Assembly: GCA_022813965.1 (NCBI GenBank)
Contig: JALDZS010000001.1
Coordinates: forward strand, 124,001-188,000
Origin: Toensbergia leucococca
Lineage: Eukaryota
Length of the DNA: 64,000 nucleotides
Reading direction: 5' to 3'
Below the pieces are notes generated by a model, which made no database searches, had not been told where the DNA came from, and saw only the letters and a program-made list of their open reading frames with translations. This document shows, in pieces, positions 1-11,719 of the stretch. Position 1 is the first letter of the stretch. Each line of letters begins with the position of its first letter. A program made the translations under genes and the position numbers.

Positions 1-411
1 TCCATTCTTTCATGCATCCCATCATCTTAGCCAGGTTGTCTCGACAACTCAATCCAATAGGTACCTCGTACCCCACATTCTTGGAAGGATAAGGATACTC
101 GTATTCTAACGCGGATCCCGTCATCTGATCTGACACACTTCGCCTTTGGCACAGCATCTCTGCCCTTTGTTGGATACAATGTGGTACTCCGTGATAAAGA
201 ACAGATCTTCGCGCCACAATCCCTGAACCTGTTGACAAGCAAGTGGCTGACCTTTTCCTGGCTTCCTGCCGCCTGAAGCGCCGTGTCATCTTCTCGCAAT
301 GTCTCGAATGTCCAAGTGAACACCAGGCTCACTTGCCTGATTATTTGAACCCGTGATGCCTGCATTGGTACTAATCTTTCATCTAGTCTATACTACTCTA
401 TAGCATGCGAC

Positions 412-3373
412 ATGGCTAATCTACGTCCTGGTAGTCATCTCCGCCTGAATTTTCCATCTTCCACCATGCCTCGCTCAGCTTCGTCCTATCAACAATCCTT
501 TACGACCCCCGAAGAAGACGATGAGGACTATGTACCCTCGCCGCGGACCAGTGTTTTGACGCCTGCTTCTCCTCTGAACCTCCGTCGACTCCATTCTGCA
601 TTAGCTTCTGATATTGACCTTCGGAGCCGGCTCCCCTCGCGCTTGTTCATGGATGAGCATTCCAGCCTCCTGGCTCATCCAGATGGTTCCTCGAAGAACT
701 ACATGAGCGAGCCCAATACTGGCAGGCCGCGCTTTTCCAGACGCCAGAGTACAACAGGAAGCTTCCGTTTGCCCAAGAACCACAGTCGGACCAGCTCGTG
801 GGGCTATCGACTGGCAAGTGCGCTAGGTTCGGAGCGGAGACGAAACGAAAGTATTCTGGCCGAGTCCAAGGCGTCTATCTTCACGGACGAGCGGGTATGG
901 TACGATCAATTTACATCTACCGACTGGGTCCATGACAGTATCGCCGACGCCTTCCGGGTGCGTGACCTGAGGTCACGTAAAGACCTTCGAGGCCGCATTT
1001 ATGCGTGGCTGGACGGCGTACAGGGCTGGATTCTTGTGGCTATTATTGGATTCATAACAGCATTTATAGCGTACTTCGCTGATGTCACCGAGACATCAAT
1101 CTTTGATATCAAGCAAGGATACTGTGAAGGAAACTGGTACTTTAGCAAACGAAAATGTTGTTTTGGGGAGAAGAGGTGCTCCTCATGGAGATCGTGGGGA
1201 GAAGTAATGAGCTTTACTGGGATGGAGAAAGAGCTACTCGACCTTTTTGCCTACGTTCTCTTTGTTGTGCTTTTCTCTGTCTGCGCCTGCTGCCTTACCT
1301 TGACAACTAAGACCGAGATACCTTCGACTTTCTCCCTGTCGACACTGGATGAGAATCTTGGCGCGGACCGCCACAAAGGGGTCGGAGAGAATGGAAACAA
1401 GGGTGCTGTCAGTCTTGCCCAGAACGAGCCCAAACCGTCCACTATGATATATTACCCAGCAGCGGGAAGCGGTGTTGCGGAAGTAAAGGTCATTCTTAGT
1501 GGATTTGTCATTCACGGTTACCTTGGGGTGAAAACACTTGTTATAAAGACTCTAGCACTCATTCTGAGTGTGGCATCCGGTCTTAGCCTTGGAAAAGAAG
1601 GGCCGTATGTGCATATTGCCACTTGCGTTGGTAATATAGCATGTAGGTTTTTCCCGAAGTACAACCTCAATGATGGGAAGCGGCGAGAGATACTCAGCGC
1701 GAGTGCTGCGAGTGGCGTTGGTGTTGCCTTTGGCGCTCCTATTGGTGGAGTGCTGTTCAGTTTGGAAGAGGTCAGGTAAGTTGTCCCACCCTACTTTCAA
1801 GGAGAATCTCCGTCTGATTTTAGCTACAAGCTATTACTTCCCGCCGAAGACATTGTTCCGGACATTCTTTTGTTGCATAGTGAGTGTCAAGGGATCACCC
1901 GCAGAAAAGCCCTAACATGGTGACAGGCAGCGACTCTCACCCTCAAATTCCTTAATCCTTACGGCACGGGCAAAATTGTGATCTTCGAGGTTCGCTACCT
2001 AACAGATTGGCGATTCTTCGAGATGTTCTTTTTCATCCTTCTTGGTATCCTTGGCGGTGCCACGGGAGCATTATTCATCAAAGCTTCTAGAATCTGGGCA
2101 CAAACTTTCAGACACATACCTGCCATCAAGAGATGGCCGGTTCTTGAGGTCGTCCTGGTAGCTCTAATTACTGGCTTTGTCAGCTTTTGGAATCGGTATA
2201 CCAAGCTAGCTGTCACTGAACTGCTCTTCGAACTCGCCAGTCCATGCGTCCTGGGTGACGACTCCCGTCTATGCCCTAAGAACGGAGATCAAGTTTTAGC
2301 AATAGTTCGCTACTTGTGTGTGGCTTTTGTCATAAAGAGCGTTCTTACCACAATTACGTTCGGAATCAAGGTCCCAGCAGGTATATACGTCCCGTCTATG
2401 GTAGTCGGTGGCTTGCTTGGGCGGATCGTTGGGCACTTGGTCCAGTATTTTGTTTTCACATATCCAGATGCAGCAATATTTTCCAGCTGCGCTAGAGACG
2501 GACCTCTCGAGACTTGTGTGACACCAGGGGTATACGCCTTAGTGGCTGCTGGAGCTACTATGTGTGGCGTGACACGACTCTCAGTCACTCTCGCAGTCAT
2601 TCTGTTCGAGCTCACTGGTAGCTTGGATCACGTACTTCCTTTCTCTCTATCAGTGTTGGTAGCAAAATGGACCGCAGACGCTCTAGAGCCCCTTAGTATC
2701 TACGTAAGTTTGCTTGCTGTGCAGTCTTTGAATGACCTGTGATTCAGCTCGCGCTAATCATACCTTAGGATCTCCTGACAGATATGAACTCTTACCCGTT
2801 CCTGGATAACAAGATTAGGCCGATCTTCAACGCTGAGTTGGGCGAAATCACTCCGCGAGTTCGTTCTCTGCGCATAATTGATATCTCGAACTCGCCACTA
2901 CTCCCAGCGCCTGTACTTCGACGCAAACTCGAGCACCTACATGATGCCGGTGAGCTTGATGGCGGACTGCCTGTTGTCCGTCACGGCGTACTTATCGGCT
3001 TGATCCCGGCACCAGACCTCGAATTTGCTTTGGACAAACTGGACAACGAAGACCAATCATTATGTCTTATGGCAACAAACATCTCTTGGCATGACCCTGA
3101 TGAAGCTAGTGATCAGGGACATGACCCTACAGACTTCACACCCTATATTGACCCTGTAAGTACCGCAATGCTTCTCCCGTTCATACGCCTAATAATAGTC
3201 AGGCACCAATCGCTTTGGATATTCATTCTCCGATGGACCTCGTTTTTCAGTGTTTTACCAAGCTAGGATTGCGCTACGTTTGCGTTTTGAGAGATGGTCA
3301 GTATGCGGGCTTGGTGCACAAGAAAGCATTTGTCAGATATATCAAAGAGCTCGAGGTGGCCGGTGAGACATGA
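412..3373 (+). CDS. Voltage-gated CLC chloride channel/antiporter with C-terminal CBS domains (Gef1-like), 5 exons
   Basis: CLC signatures GSGVAEVK, GKEGPYVH and GIYVPSM. Introns at about 1776-1830, 1880-1927, 2704-2769 and 3155-3202. Last exon reads APIALDIHSPMDLVFQCFTKLGLRY...EVAGET* (TGA 3371-3373). Confidence 0.93.
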
Positions 3374-3757
3374 TTGGTTTTTGGGGATATGAAGCTGCTT
3401 CTTCGCAACATTGATATCAGCACTTTCGCCGCGTAGCAGGGTTTCAGGTCAATGCGCTTTCATAGTTGTTTTGGTAGCATTTCCAGCGTTCTCTTCTGCA
3501 TAGCGTGCGTTTGCAGCGTTGCATCGTAGACTTTTGTTTCAGCTTGACCATTGTTTATGATACCAGTTGGGATTTATTTGTGGGTCAGAGGTGTATCTGG
3601 GTCTGGAGTCTGCAGCTCACTTCATATTTCACCCTCGAGCAGCCTCGACAACATTGAAGGCAAGACAGGATCTTGGAAACTATTTCGGGTGCCTATCAAT
3701 AGATCAAATACTCAAGGTAGCACAGGTGCATGGACTCATGAACTTTGCAATTGACTA

Positions 3758-4770
3758 TCATCTCTCGTTTTCTGCACTAAGCTCCGCTATCATTCCCCCT
3801 ATATCCTTCTTCTTCGCATCCAATTCCAATGCCCCCGCAACAATCTTACCCAATTCCCTTACTTTCCCAACCGCCAACTCCACACACCTCAGCAATACCA
3901 GCGCATCAGTAGGCACGCCTCCTAACTTGGCAATCTGGCAAATTTCCCCATGCCTGTTCGCCGTGATCACCATTTCCCCCTCGCTCAACTGCCCCTCCAC
4001 CAACGTCGCATCCACAACCACCACCTCCCCGGCCTCGAAAAAACTCACCGTCACACAAAACGGCACATGCAGCATCGCCAACGGCACAGGAACCCGCTCC
4101 GCCATCGTCCACACCCTCACCTCCTCGCCCTCAACGCTCACATCAGGCCGCCTAAAGTGCTGCAGCGCGGCTACGACGGCGATGCAGCTCGCGTCGACGA
4201 GGCCGCCGTCGTGATCGAGGACATGCACGTCGGCACGGATGGACCATACTTTTTGCCCGGCTAGGATGCAGAGTGACTCAGTGTCCAGAGCTGAGGAGCG
4301 GCGGATGGCTTTTTCGAGGAGGCGGGAGAGGTGGGTTTCTTGGTCTGTGTGTCTGGGGGTTTAGCGGAGGTGTGTGAGCTGGGATGATGGGGGCAGGGGG
4401 AGGGGGTTTATATTGTTTTACCTTCCAATTTCGAAGGCGGGGGAGGCGATGGGGGAGAGTTCGGTTGTGATGGTAAAGATGCCGTCGAATTTTCGGTCGG
4501 GGAAGGGTGGGGTTACGGTTGCGGAGATGTGGGCGAGGACTCTGTGGTTGCCAACGGTTTTAGTTTGGTGATGGATGAGTAGGGGGGGCGATGGGTAGGG
4601 ACGTGCCTGGTCTTGCCTAGTCTTACGTCTGCGACGCCGAAGTCGTCGCCGAAGGATAGCTGGAGGGTGCGGAAGGCATCGAGGGGTCGGCCGTCAATGC
4701 GGATGTTTTCTTGGAGGGCTTGGAGGATGAATGCTCGCTCGTTTAAAGAGGGCTCGACTTCTCGAGGCAT
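3758..4770 (-). CDS. RRP45: Exosome core subunit Rrp45 (RNase PH fold)
   Basis: N-terminus MPREVEPSLNERAFILQAL...RIDGR, later exon HVLDHDGGLVDASCIAVVAALQHFRRPDV and GEICQIAKLGG; two introns. Confidence 0.93.
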
Positions 4771-5065
4771 GGGTGCGGTGTTTGGGGGGGTTGGTTTGCG
4801 TGGTGGATAGAGTCAGTCCTAGCATGCTTCGGATTGGTATTCAATCCTCGAATGCAAGTGCAGCTGTTGATTTTGAAGATGCTTGGTCTTCTCGGTCTTG
4901 GATGATCGCTTTTCGGTAAATTAGACCCTGAGCCATGCTTTTCATGGACTAGTGATAAATACAATTGGACCATCATACCATGATCTTCCCTCACACAATC
5001 AATCCGAAGGGGATACTTGACCTTAGTATTCACGATAACGACATCTAGATGTTATCTAAAAAATC

Positions 5066-6194
5066 ATGACAACAGGTGAGCGAGGCTAAATCTGACTAGG
5101 AAGCAGAGTGCTGACCGTAATGTAGCCCACAGACCTACATTTGATCCCGTGAGTTTCGCTCTCTATCTGTTGAAGAGATGGATCTAAGTGATGACTACAG
5201 GCTCGTGGCAAGGAAACCCAACGAGGTCCAGCATTCCATCAAAGGCTACTTCCAGCGCATACCCTGCTGAAGACCCGGTAATCTACTTTGAAGATCTTTC
5301 AGAAGATATTCCGCTGACGGTTTGAGAGACAACCTGGTCAAGGGGGAAATGCGGATCCACCAGCCCGAGACTTAAGAGCTCAACTTCTGCAGGCAGAAGC
5401 TGCACACTATTCGAAGACGAACGGAGAACCGAGTGGGAAACAACCCGCTGAGAGCATCATTTCCACCAAACGGCAATTAGAAGCTGGGCCAGGACTGGAT
5501 GGAGAGGTTGAGGAGGATCTCGAAGCCAAACGACGACGGGTCCTTGAGGAAACAAGAGACATCGATGCAGATTCTGATGGGTCAGGAAGTGATAGCAGTG
5601 ATAAAGACACGTGTGTGATAATTGTGCTTTAGTCCCGGGATGTCCGGCTAACTTGAATCAGTGATGAAGAGGACGAGACGGCAGAACTTCTACGGGAACT
5701 TGACAAAATTAAAAGGGAAAGGGCGGAACAGCGTGAGCGCGAGGTTTGTTATAACAATATAGTAGCATACTCTGTCAGGACTTGCTGACAGCCCCACGTT
5801 AGGAGCGTGAAAAGACAGAAGCTGAACAGGAGAAGCGAGAGCATGATATCGCCCTTGGAAATCCGCTGCTAGATCCGACGAAAGACTTCAATATCAGGAG
5901 AAGGTATGCTTCAAGTACCACAGTCTAGTGCAGTGGGCTCACAGCTTGAACAGGTGGGACGATGACGTGGTGTTCCGAAATCAAGCTCGAGGTACTGAGG
6001 ACAAGAGGAAGAAAGAATTTGTTAACGTATGACATCACACTCAAATAGTTCCCTTACGATCTACTGACGGAGCTGCTCAGGATCTGCTTCGTTCGGATTT
6101 CCATAAACGTTTCATGGTAAGTGTACAATTCGCAGCAATTGATGGCACATGGACTTCCAGCTGACTGGCTACCTAGAGCAAATACGTTCGCTGA
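5066..6194 (+). CDS. CWC15: Pre-mRNA splicing factor Cwc15 (about 9 exons, several micro-exons)
   Basis: Spliced product begins MTTAHRPTFDPARG...LPAHTLLKTR and ends RRWDDDVVFRNQARG...EFVNDLLRSDFHKRFMSKYVR*. Not visible in the ORF track because of about 8 introns. Confidence 0.93.
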
Positions 6195-6932
6195 GTAAAG
6201 TGAACGCGGGGCTGGACACGCGAGAGTCCCTGCATGAAAAGCGTGCGATTTGCTTGCCGCTGTGGTCCTGAAAATTGAATCGATCACGTAGCACATGGAA
6301 TGCTGCAGGAGATTTAAAATGCCTGATCTTCACCTTGTACCAACTCACTCGACTTGCAACTTCCTTGGCCTGACGCGATTCAAACGGAACGCACGACCGA
6401 TGACGAGAGTCAGACAACATTCCGATGGAGGCAAGATAAGAAACAAGGACAGATGCAGAACATAGCGTTAAGGCCGCTGGGTTCTAGCTTGTACATGGCT
6501 TATTTCAGCTCATCAGGGAGTCTCGGTCTGCATGCAAGAGGTCTTGGAACCAATTGAAAATGAGGCTACAACATTAAATCAGGACCGGAACCTGGCAATG
6601 GGGGAGCCGAAACAAGCTTCGCATCGTCTGCTTGTTTTTTCAGGGCAAGCTCCGAGATCCAGGTGCGGGGTATCATGTAACCCCGGCCTATGGAGGGGCT
6701 GGGTTGAGACACGAAACTACAATGGCCATCGTGATTCACTTGTTACCTAGCTTGACCAGTGATGCAACAAGTCGCTCATCATCATGCACTTCTACCGTTG
6801 AAGCCATGCCTTACTTGATCCCTTACTTTAAAACCCCCCCTCTTCCGTTCTCTCTCCACAATCAAGTCAATTGAATTGTCTTACATACAACTAACAAGCA
6901 ATCACTCAATCCATATCCAATCTTTATCGAAT

Positions 6933-8030
6933 ATGTCCAACTATGATGACAATTCCTCAGGAGGCTACGGGGTAAGCGTCCTTGAAAACTTATTTCATTC
7001 GTCTCGAATCTCACATTATACAAGGGCAATCAAAGCTCCGGTGACAATTACAGCGTATGTCAATCATAGCTATCAATGCTCTTCATCAAGTTTTAACACC
7101 GTCAAGGGAGGAAACTCTGGTATGAGCAGTGGAACGGGCGGACAACAGGGCGGCTTTGGAGGAGGACAACAGGGTGGCTACGGAGGAGGACAAGGAGACA
7201 ACTACAGTGTACGAGAGTAATTACCTCCATGGGCTCTTGGTCAGCAGCTAACGTCTATCCAGTCTGGGGGTGGTCAGAGTGGAGGAGATGACTACGTATG
7301 TTATGCAAATTCTCTTCAGCTCTGTCCCAGCAATTGAAGGTTGCATAGTCTTCCGGCCAGAGCGGAATGGGCGGCCGGGGTGGTCAGAGTGGAGGAGATG
7401 ACTACGTATGTTATGCAAATACTCTTTAGCTCTGTCCCAGCGATTGATGGTTGCATAGTCTTCCGGCCAGAGCGGAATGGGCGGCCAGGGTGGTCAGAGC
7501 GGGATGGGTGGAGGAGACGACTACGTACGTTGTGCAGATTTCCTACAGCTCCTTTCCTATGACTGATCGTTGCGTAGTCTTCCGGCCAAGGCGGTATGGG
7601 TGGCCAGAGTGGAGGCGATAATTACGTACGTTGTCCGAGTCCTCTACAGCTCTTTCCTTGTGACTGATGGGTGTATAGTCTTCCAATCAAAGTGGTATGG
7701 GCTCTGGAGGTTCCGACGACTACAGCGTACGCTGCACTAAGTCTCCCAGAATTGCTGTAGGCTACTGACAGTCTTTTAGTCCGGCAACAGTGGTAGCGGC
7801 ACAGGCGGCGGCCAAAGTCGTACGTAGAACCTCTTACCCTACAAGCCGCCAATGTCTAATTATTTATAATACCAGAATCCAAAGGCCACAAAATGATGGA
7901 CGACGTCAAGGGCATGTTTAGCAAGAACAAGTCTGGCAACGACAACAGCCAAGGAGGCTCAGGAGGCTATGGCGATAACAGCCAAGGGGGCTCGGGAGGC
8001 TATGGCGACAATAGTCAAAGCAACTATTAA
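6933..8030 (+). CDS. Gly/Ser/Gln/Asn/Tyr-rich low-complexity repeat protein (hydrophilin- or prion-like), 10 exons, 205 aa
   Basis: Exons 6933-6971, 7025-7054, 7107-7208, 7263-7295, 7349-7405, 7459-7524, 7578-7625, 7679-7726, 7780-7819 and 7876-8030. All are bounded by GT..AG and join into a stop-free 618-nt CDS ending in TAA. Confidence 0.85.
7267..7726 (+). repeat. Tandem exon+intron repeat array (period about 100-120 bp; first two units 110 bp and nearly identical)
   Basis: Introns 7296-7348 and 7406-7458 differ at 4 of 53 positions. Exons start with TCTTCC(GGC/AAT)CA and end with GA(C/T)(G/A)A(C/T)TAC. Confidence 0.9.
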
Positions 8031-8401
8031 GCTTATCATGTCGACAGCTAGTCGGATCTCCTCTTAGGATTTTCGTCTACGAAAAGCCCAGCGTAGGTGG
8101 GAGGGCATGATGGAAGAAAAATGCAAGTTGCTGATATTCACCAATGAGGTGTTGTCATCTTAGTCCTATGTAGATACGGATAATTGAAAACAATTCATGG
8201 CATGAATTATCTGCAAGCGCGGTTGATTAATTCTTGATATGTTGATAGCATCTCTGGCTATTCGCAGGGCTCAAAGTTGTGAGATTGGATACCATTCCTC
8301 GCAATGCACAACAATGCTTCATTCGCTTTTTGTGTCTTGACCACACCTAGTAAATATAGTTCCTCCCGTCATAAATTCCCTTTCCATCTCATTGACCAAG
8401 T

Positions 8402-9035
8402 ATGGATTCTTCACAATCCTCAGGCGCTCTAATAAGTCGGACACCATTCAAACCTGCTCCTGTCTCTTGCTACACGCTTCTGACACTTCAGGTGCAGACC
8501 GCGCCCGCGCCAATGTCACTCAGCTCCTCAGCCGGTTTGAGAATATCATCGCTCTCGCACCCGTAAGTTTCTTTGCCTCATCTCACAAATCCAAAGATTG
8601 TCCTTTGAGATACGGCAGAAACGTGGCTGACCGCCGAATACCTGATTGTCTAGATTGATGGTCGCGATCGCAACAGCACAGCTGTTGCTGCTTATCAGAT
8701 GGAGGTGGAGAAGGCCGCTTTAGTACGTACTTGATCGCTCTTTTCTAACCAGCCGATGGTTACTCGCTCGCATATTAATCATCTATTCATTTCAATAGGT
8801 ACGGACTGCGGAAGATATTCTTTCTCTTACGCGCGTGTTGAAGGAAGCGTGGCTTTTTGGGAAATTACAAACAATTGGAGGGAGCGAGGCGGAAACGAGG
8901 GCAGAGGAGGATGCCAAGGTTGTAGGCGAGAAATTGAGTCTGTGGAGGGATAAGTGGCTTGCAGAGAATGAGGATCTGAGCGGGGTTGAAGATGGGGGAG
9001 GAACCGAAGATCTACCAGCAACTACTGTAGAATGA
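8402..9035 (+). CDS. MED22: Mediator subunit Med22 (Srb6/SURF5 family), 4 exons
   Basis: Spliced product contains NVTQLLSRFENIIALA, AYQMEVEKAAL and VRTAEDILSLTRVLKEAWLFG, typical of Med22. Confidence 0.85.
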
Positions 9036-9203
9036 CCAATAACTTTGGACACCTCCTGTCAGTCATCGGATCGAAAATCAGTTTGCTCCGCCGCACGAAT
9101 ACTCACGGAGCTGTTTATCTCTACGGAGTATGAAAACCCCAATCACCGGAGACAAAGAAACCATGTGACAAATGGTCCTCCCTTCTCCATCCATTCGTCA
9201 ACA

Positions 9204-9932
9204 ATGACATCAACCACCAAAATGCCCCTTCCGCCCTTGACTTTAATCTTCGCCTCCACGCCCTCAATGGGCATCGGCCTCCGCGGTTCCCTCCCTTGGC
9301 CTTCTCTCAAGAAGGAAATGGCTTTTTTTCGCCGCGTCACCACAAGGCCTCCGCCGTACTCCACTCTTCCTAAGGTCAATGCAGTCATCATGGGTCGAAA
9401 AACTTGGGAGAGCATTCCCGCAAAGTTCCGCCCGTTGAAAGATCGCATCAACGTTGTCGTCACTAGGCGGCCGGAGCTTTTTATGGGGGAGGTGGGGTTG
9501 AATGTACTGGCTGTGGGGAGCATTCGAGAGGCGCTGGAGGCGCTGAAGGTGAGGGGAGAGGGACGGATGGCTGCAGGAGACGTGGATGCATCACAGCAGG
9601 ACGGGAAGGCATTGCCTCTGCTTGGGCACGTTTTTGTGATTGGGGGGGCAGAAATTTATGCGGCGGCGTTACAGACTGGATTGTGCGAGCGAATGCTTTG
9701 GACAAGGATTGAAAAGGAATACGAATGTGACGTATTTCTCCCTGTGGGCTTGGGAGCTGAGGAATGGGTAAGGAGCGGACGGGAGGAGATGAGTATGTGG
9801 ATTGGGGAGGAGGTTTTGGAAAGGGTGGAGGAAGAGGGGGTGGAGGAAGAGGGGGTGGAGTTCGAGTTCACGATGTGGGAACGAAAAAGAAAGAATGATG
9901 GGGCCGCAAAGAGTGAAGACTTAGGAGTGTGA
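9204..9932 (+). CDS. DFR1: Dihydrofolate reductase
   Basis: Motifs GIGLRGSLPWPSLKKEMAFFRRVT, NAVIMGRKTWESIP, RPLKDRINVV, FVIGGAEIY and ECDVF. First in-frame ATG at 9204. Confidence 0.96.
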   Translation: MTSTTKMPLPPLTLIFASTPSMGIGLRGSLPWPSLKKEMAFFRRVTTRPPPYSTLPKVNAVIMGRKTWESIPAKFRPLKDRINVVVTRRPELFMGEVGLNVLAVGSIREALEALKVRGEGRMAAGDVDASQQDGKALPLLGHVFVIGGAEIYAAALQTGLCERMLWTRIEKEYECDVFLPVGLGAEEWVRSGREEMSMWIGEEVLERVEEEGVEEEGVEFEFTMWERKRKNDGAAKSEDLGV

Positions 9933-10609
9933 GATGCCTGAAGGTACGGATTTGGGGTACGCTGGGCTTGGGCTAGCGGCATGAGTCGACTACGAGCTTC
10001 AGCATATTATGATGGTAGGTACAGTTGCCATATCTCCTCGAGACTGATAATAGATTCTGTCAAAGCCTGACTTATTAGGATCATGGCCAAAGGCTTGGGC
10101 GTATAGCTCGAATATGCTCTTCTGGACTTGAGAGACTGGAAATGAGCAGACATCTTTCGATGCTGCTTCGACGCCATGACGAAGGTTATCGATATTCTCC
10201 GATGCTTGGGTCATTTCAATGGTGAAGAATAGCCTGAAGCTTCCATTGCGAAGAGATTGGAGTTTATGTTGGAGCCTGGAGTAAAGCTATTGCATCAATT
10301 TCGGCATTAGGGCTTGTCGGAGCTCGCTGTCGCTTACTCAAGCTAAAGCACGGATCATGACACGGTCCGTGCATCACCGCTACAAGCGCCAGGAACAACC
10401 GATTTGGAAAAACAACGAGGTTGGCCAAAACCCTCTGCTTCGTCTGGTGTTCCTATGTCCTCTTTCTTCTATTTCTTGCGTACATTTCCCGCGCCTGCCA
10501 ACTAGTCAGTCTTTTCCGACCGGTTTGCCCAATTTCTCGAATCGCATTCTTTTCCACCCTCTTTACTAGCGCAGTCCTTCGCAACCACTTGCTCGAAGTC
10601 AATTCTGCA

Positions 10610-11719
10610 ATGACCGAACCCGAAGTCCGCATCCCCCCCTCCGAGCCCGAAGCCGACGCACCAATCGATGTAGATATGGAAACAGGTGACGGCGTTGAGG
10701 TGATTGAAATTCCCGAAACCGGCGCCGGCGGTGTCGACGAGGACGAAGCAGCCGAAGAAGTCTCGGCGGAAACGGAAGAGAAACCCCCGCCGCGCGTTAC
10801 ATTCGTCGAGTACATACCATCCAACCTGAACTCAGAAGATTCCAGCTAACTATTCCTTCGCCGCCCAGCTACCTCAAATCACCCATCATAGAACTCCTTG
10901 TCGGTGCCTCCGACTCACCGGCGCAAACCCTCCTTGCAGCCCACCAAGCCCTCCTAATCCAATCCCCATCTCTTCAAGAAGCGATTTCCCAGTTCGGCGA
11001 GGACCAATCAGTACATTTTCCTCCCACTCCCAGTTTCCCAATCACCTCCATTCTCTTCCCACCTATCCAACCCCCAAAAATGCCCCATAACTAACCTCCC
11101 CCTCCCATAAACCAGCCCCGAAGAATAGACCTCCCGGACGAAGATCTCGATGCGGTTGGCTGCTTCCTCGAATACCTCTACACAGACGAATACTTCCCCC
11201 GCAAAATCTCCGACAACACCCTCGAACACGACCCTTCCACCCCATCCATCGACGACTCAGGCGACCAGCTCCTAAAACACGCAAAAGTCTACACCCTAGC
11301 CGAAAAGCTGGGCCTACCCGTAAACATTCCCCCATCCCTCCCCCAAATCACCCCACCCCCCAACATCCCCACACCACTAACCCCTCCACTCAAAATCATA
11401 GGCCCTCAAAACCCTCTCCCACTCCAAAATCCACCGCGTCGCCTCCACCGCCCGCGGCGAAATCGCCTACGCCCGCTACGTCTACGCCAACACCCCGCGC
11501 TCCGAAACCACCATCCGCCGACCCGTCGCCAGCTTCTGGGGCCAGCGCTCCCACGTCCTGCGCCACCAGGCCGAGGACGAGTTCAAGCAGATGTGTCTGG
11601 ATTTCCCGGAGTTTGGGTTCGATGTGTTGTGTTTTGTGCTGGATGCGAAGGAGAAGATGAGGGGGGGTGACGACGCGGGTGGGGGGCCGAGGAGTGGAAG
11701 GAAGAGGCCGAGGGTTTGA
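10610..11719 (+). CDS. BTB/POZ-domain protein, 4 exons
   Basis: Spliced product YLKSPIIELLVG...AHQALL, IDLPDEDLDAVGCFLEYLYTDEY, LLKHAKVYTLAEKLGLP-ALKTLSHSKI, ending in a basic tail RSGRKRPRV*. Confidence 0.85.

Noticed and set aside
3567..4264. Plus-strand ORFs of 215 aa and 104 aa
   Set aside because: Antisense shadows of RRP45, favoured by the local C-rich skew.
7267..7726. Regularly spaced repeats resembling a CRISPR array
   Set aside because: The repeats are coding exons and the spacers are mutually homologous GT-AG introns. The context is eukaryotic and there are no cas genes.
9045..9203. 53-aa N-terminal extension of DHFR in the ORF track
   Set aside because: It starts at a non-ATG codon 10 bp after the MED22 stop. 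The first ATG at 9204 gives a normal DHFR.
9823..9860. 15-bp tandem duplication in DHFR (VEEEG twice)
   Set aside because: Real but trivial in-frame slippage in a variable C-terminal loop.
11340..11420. CTAACCC-like words suggesting interstitial telomere repeats
   Set aside because: Single occurrences that coincide with intron branch sites (CTAAC) in C-rich introns; no tandem array.
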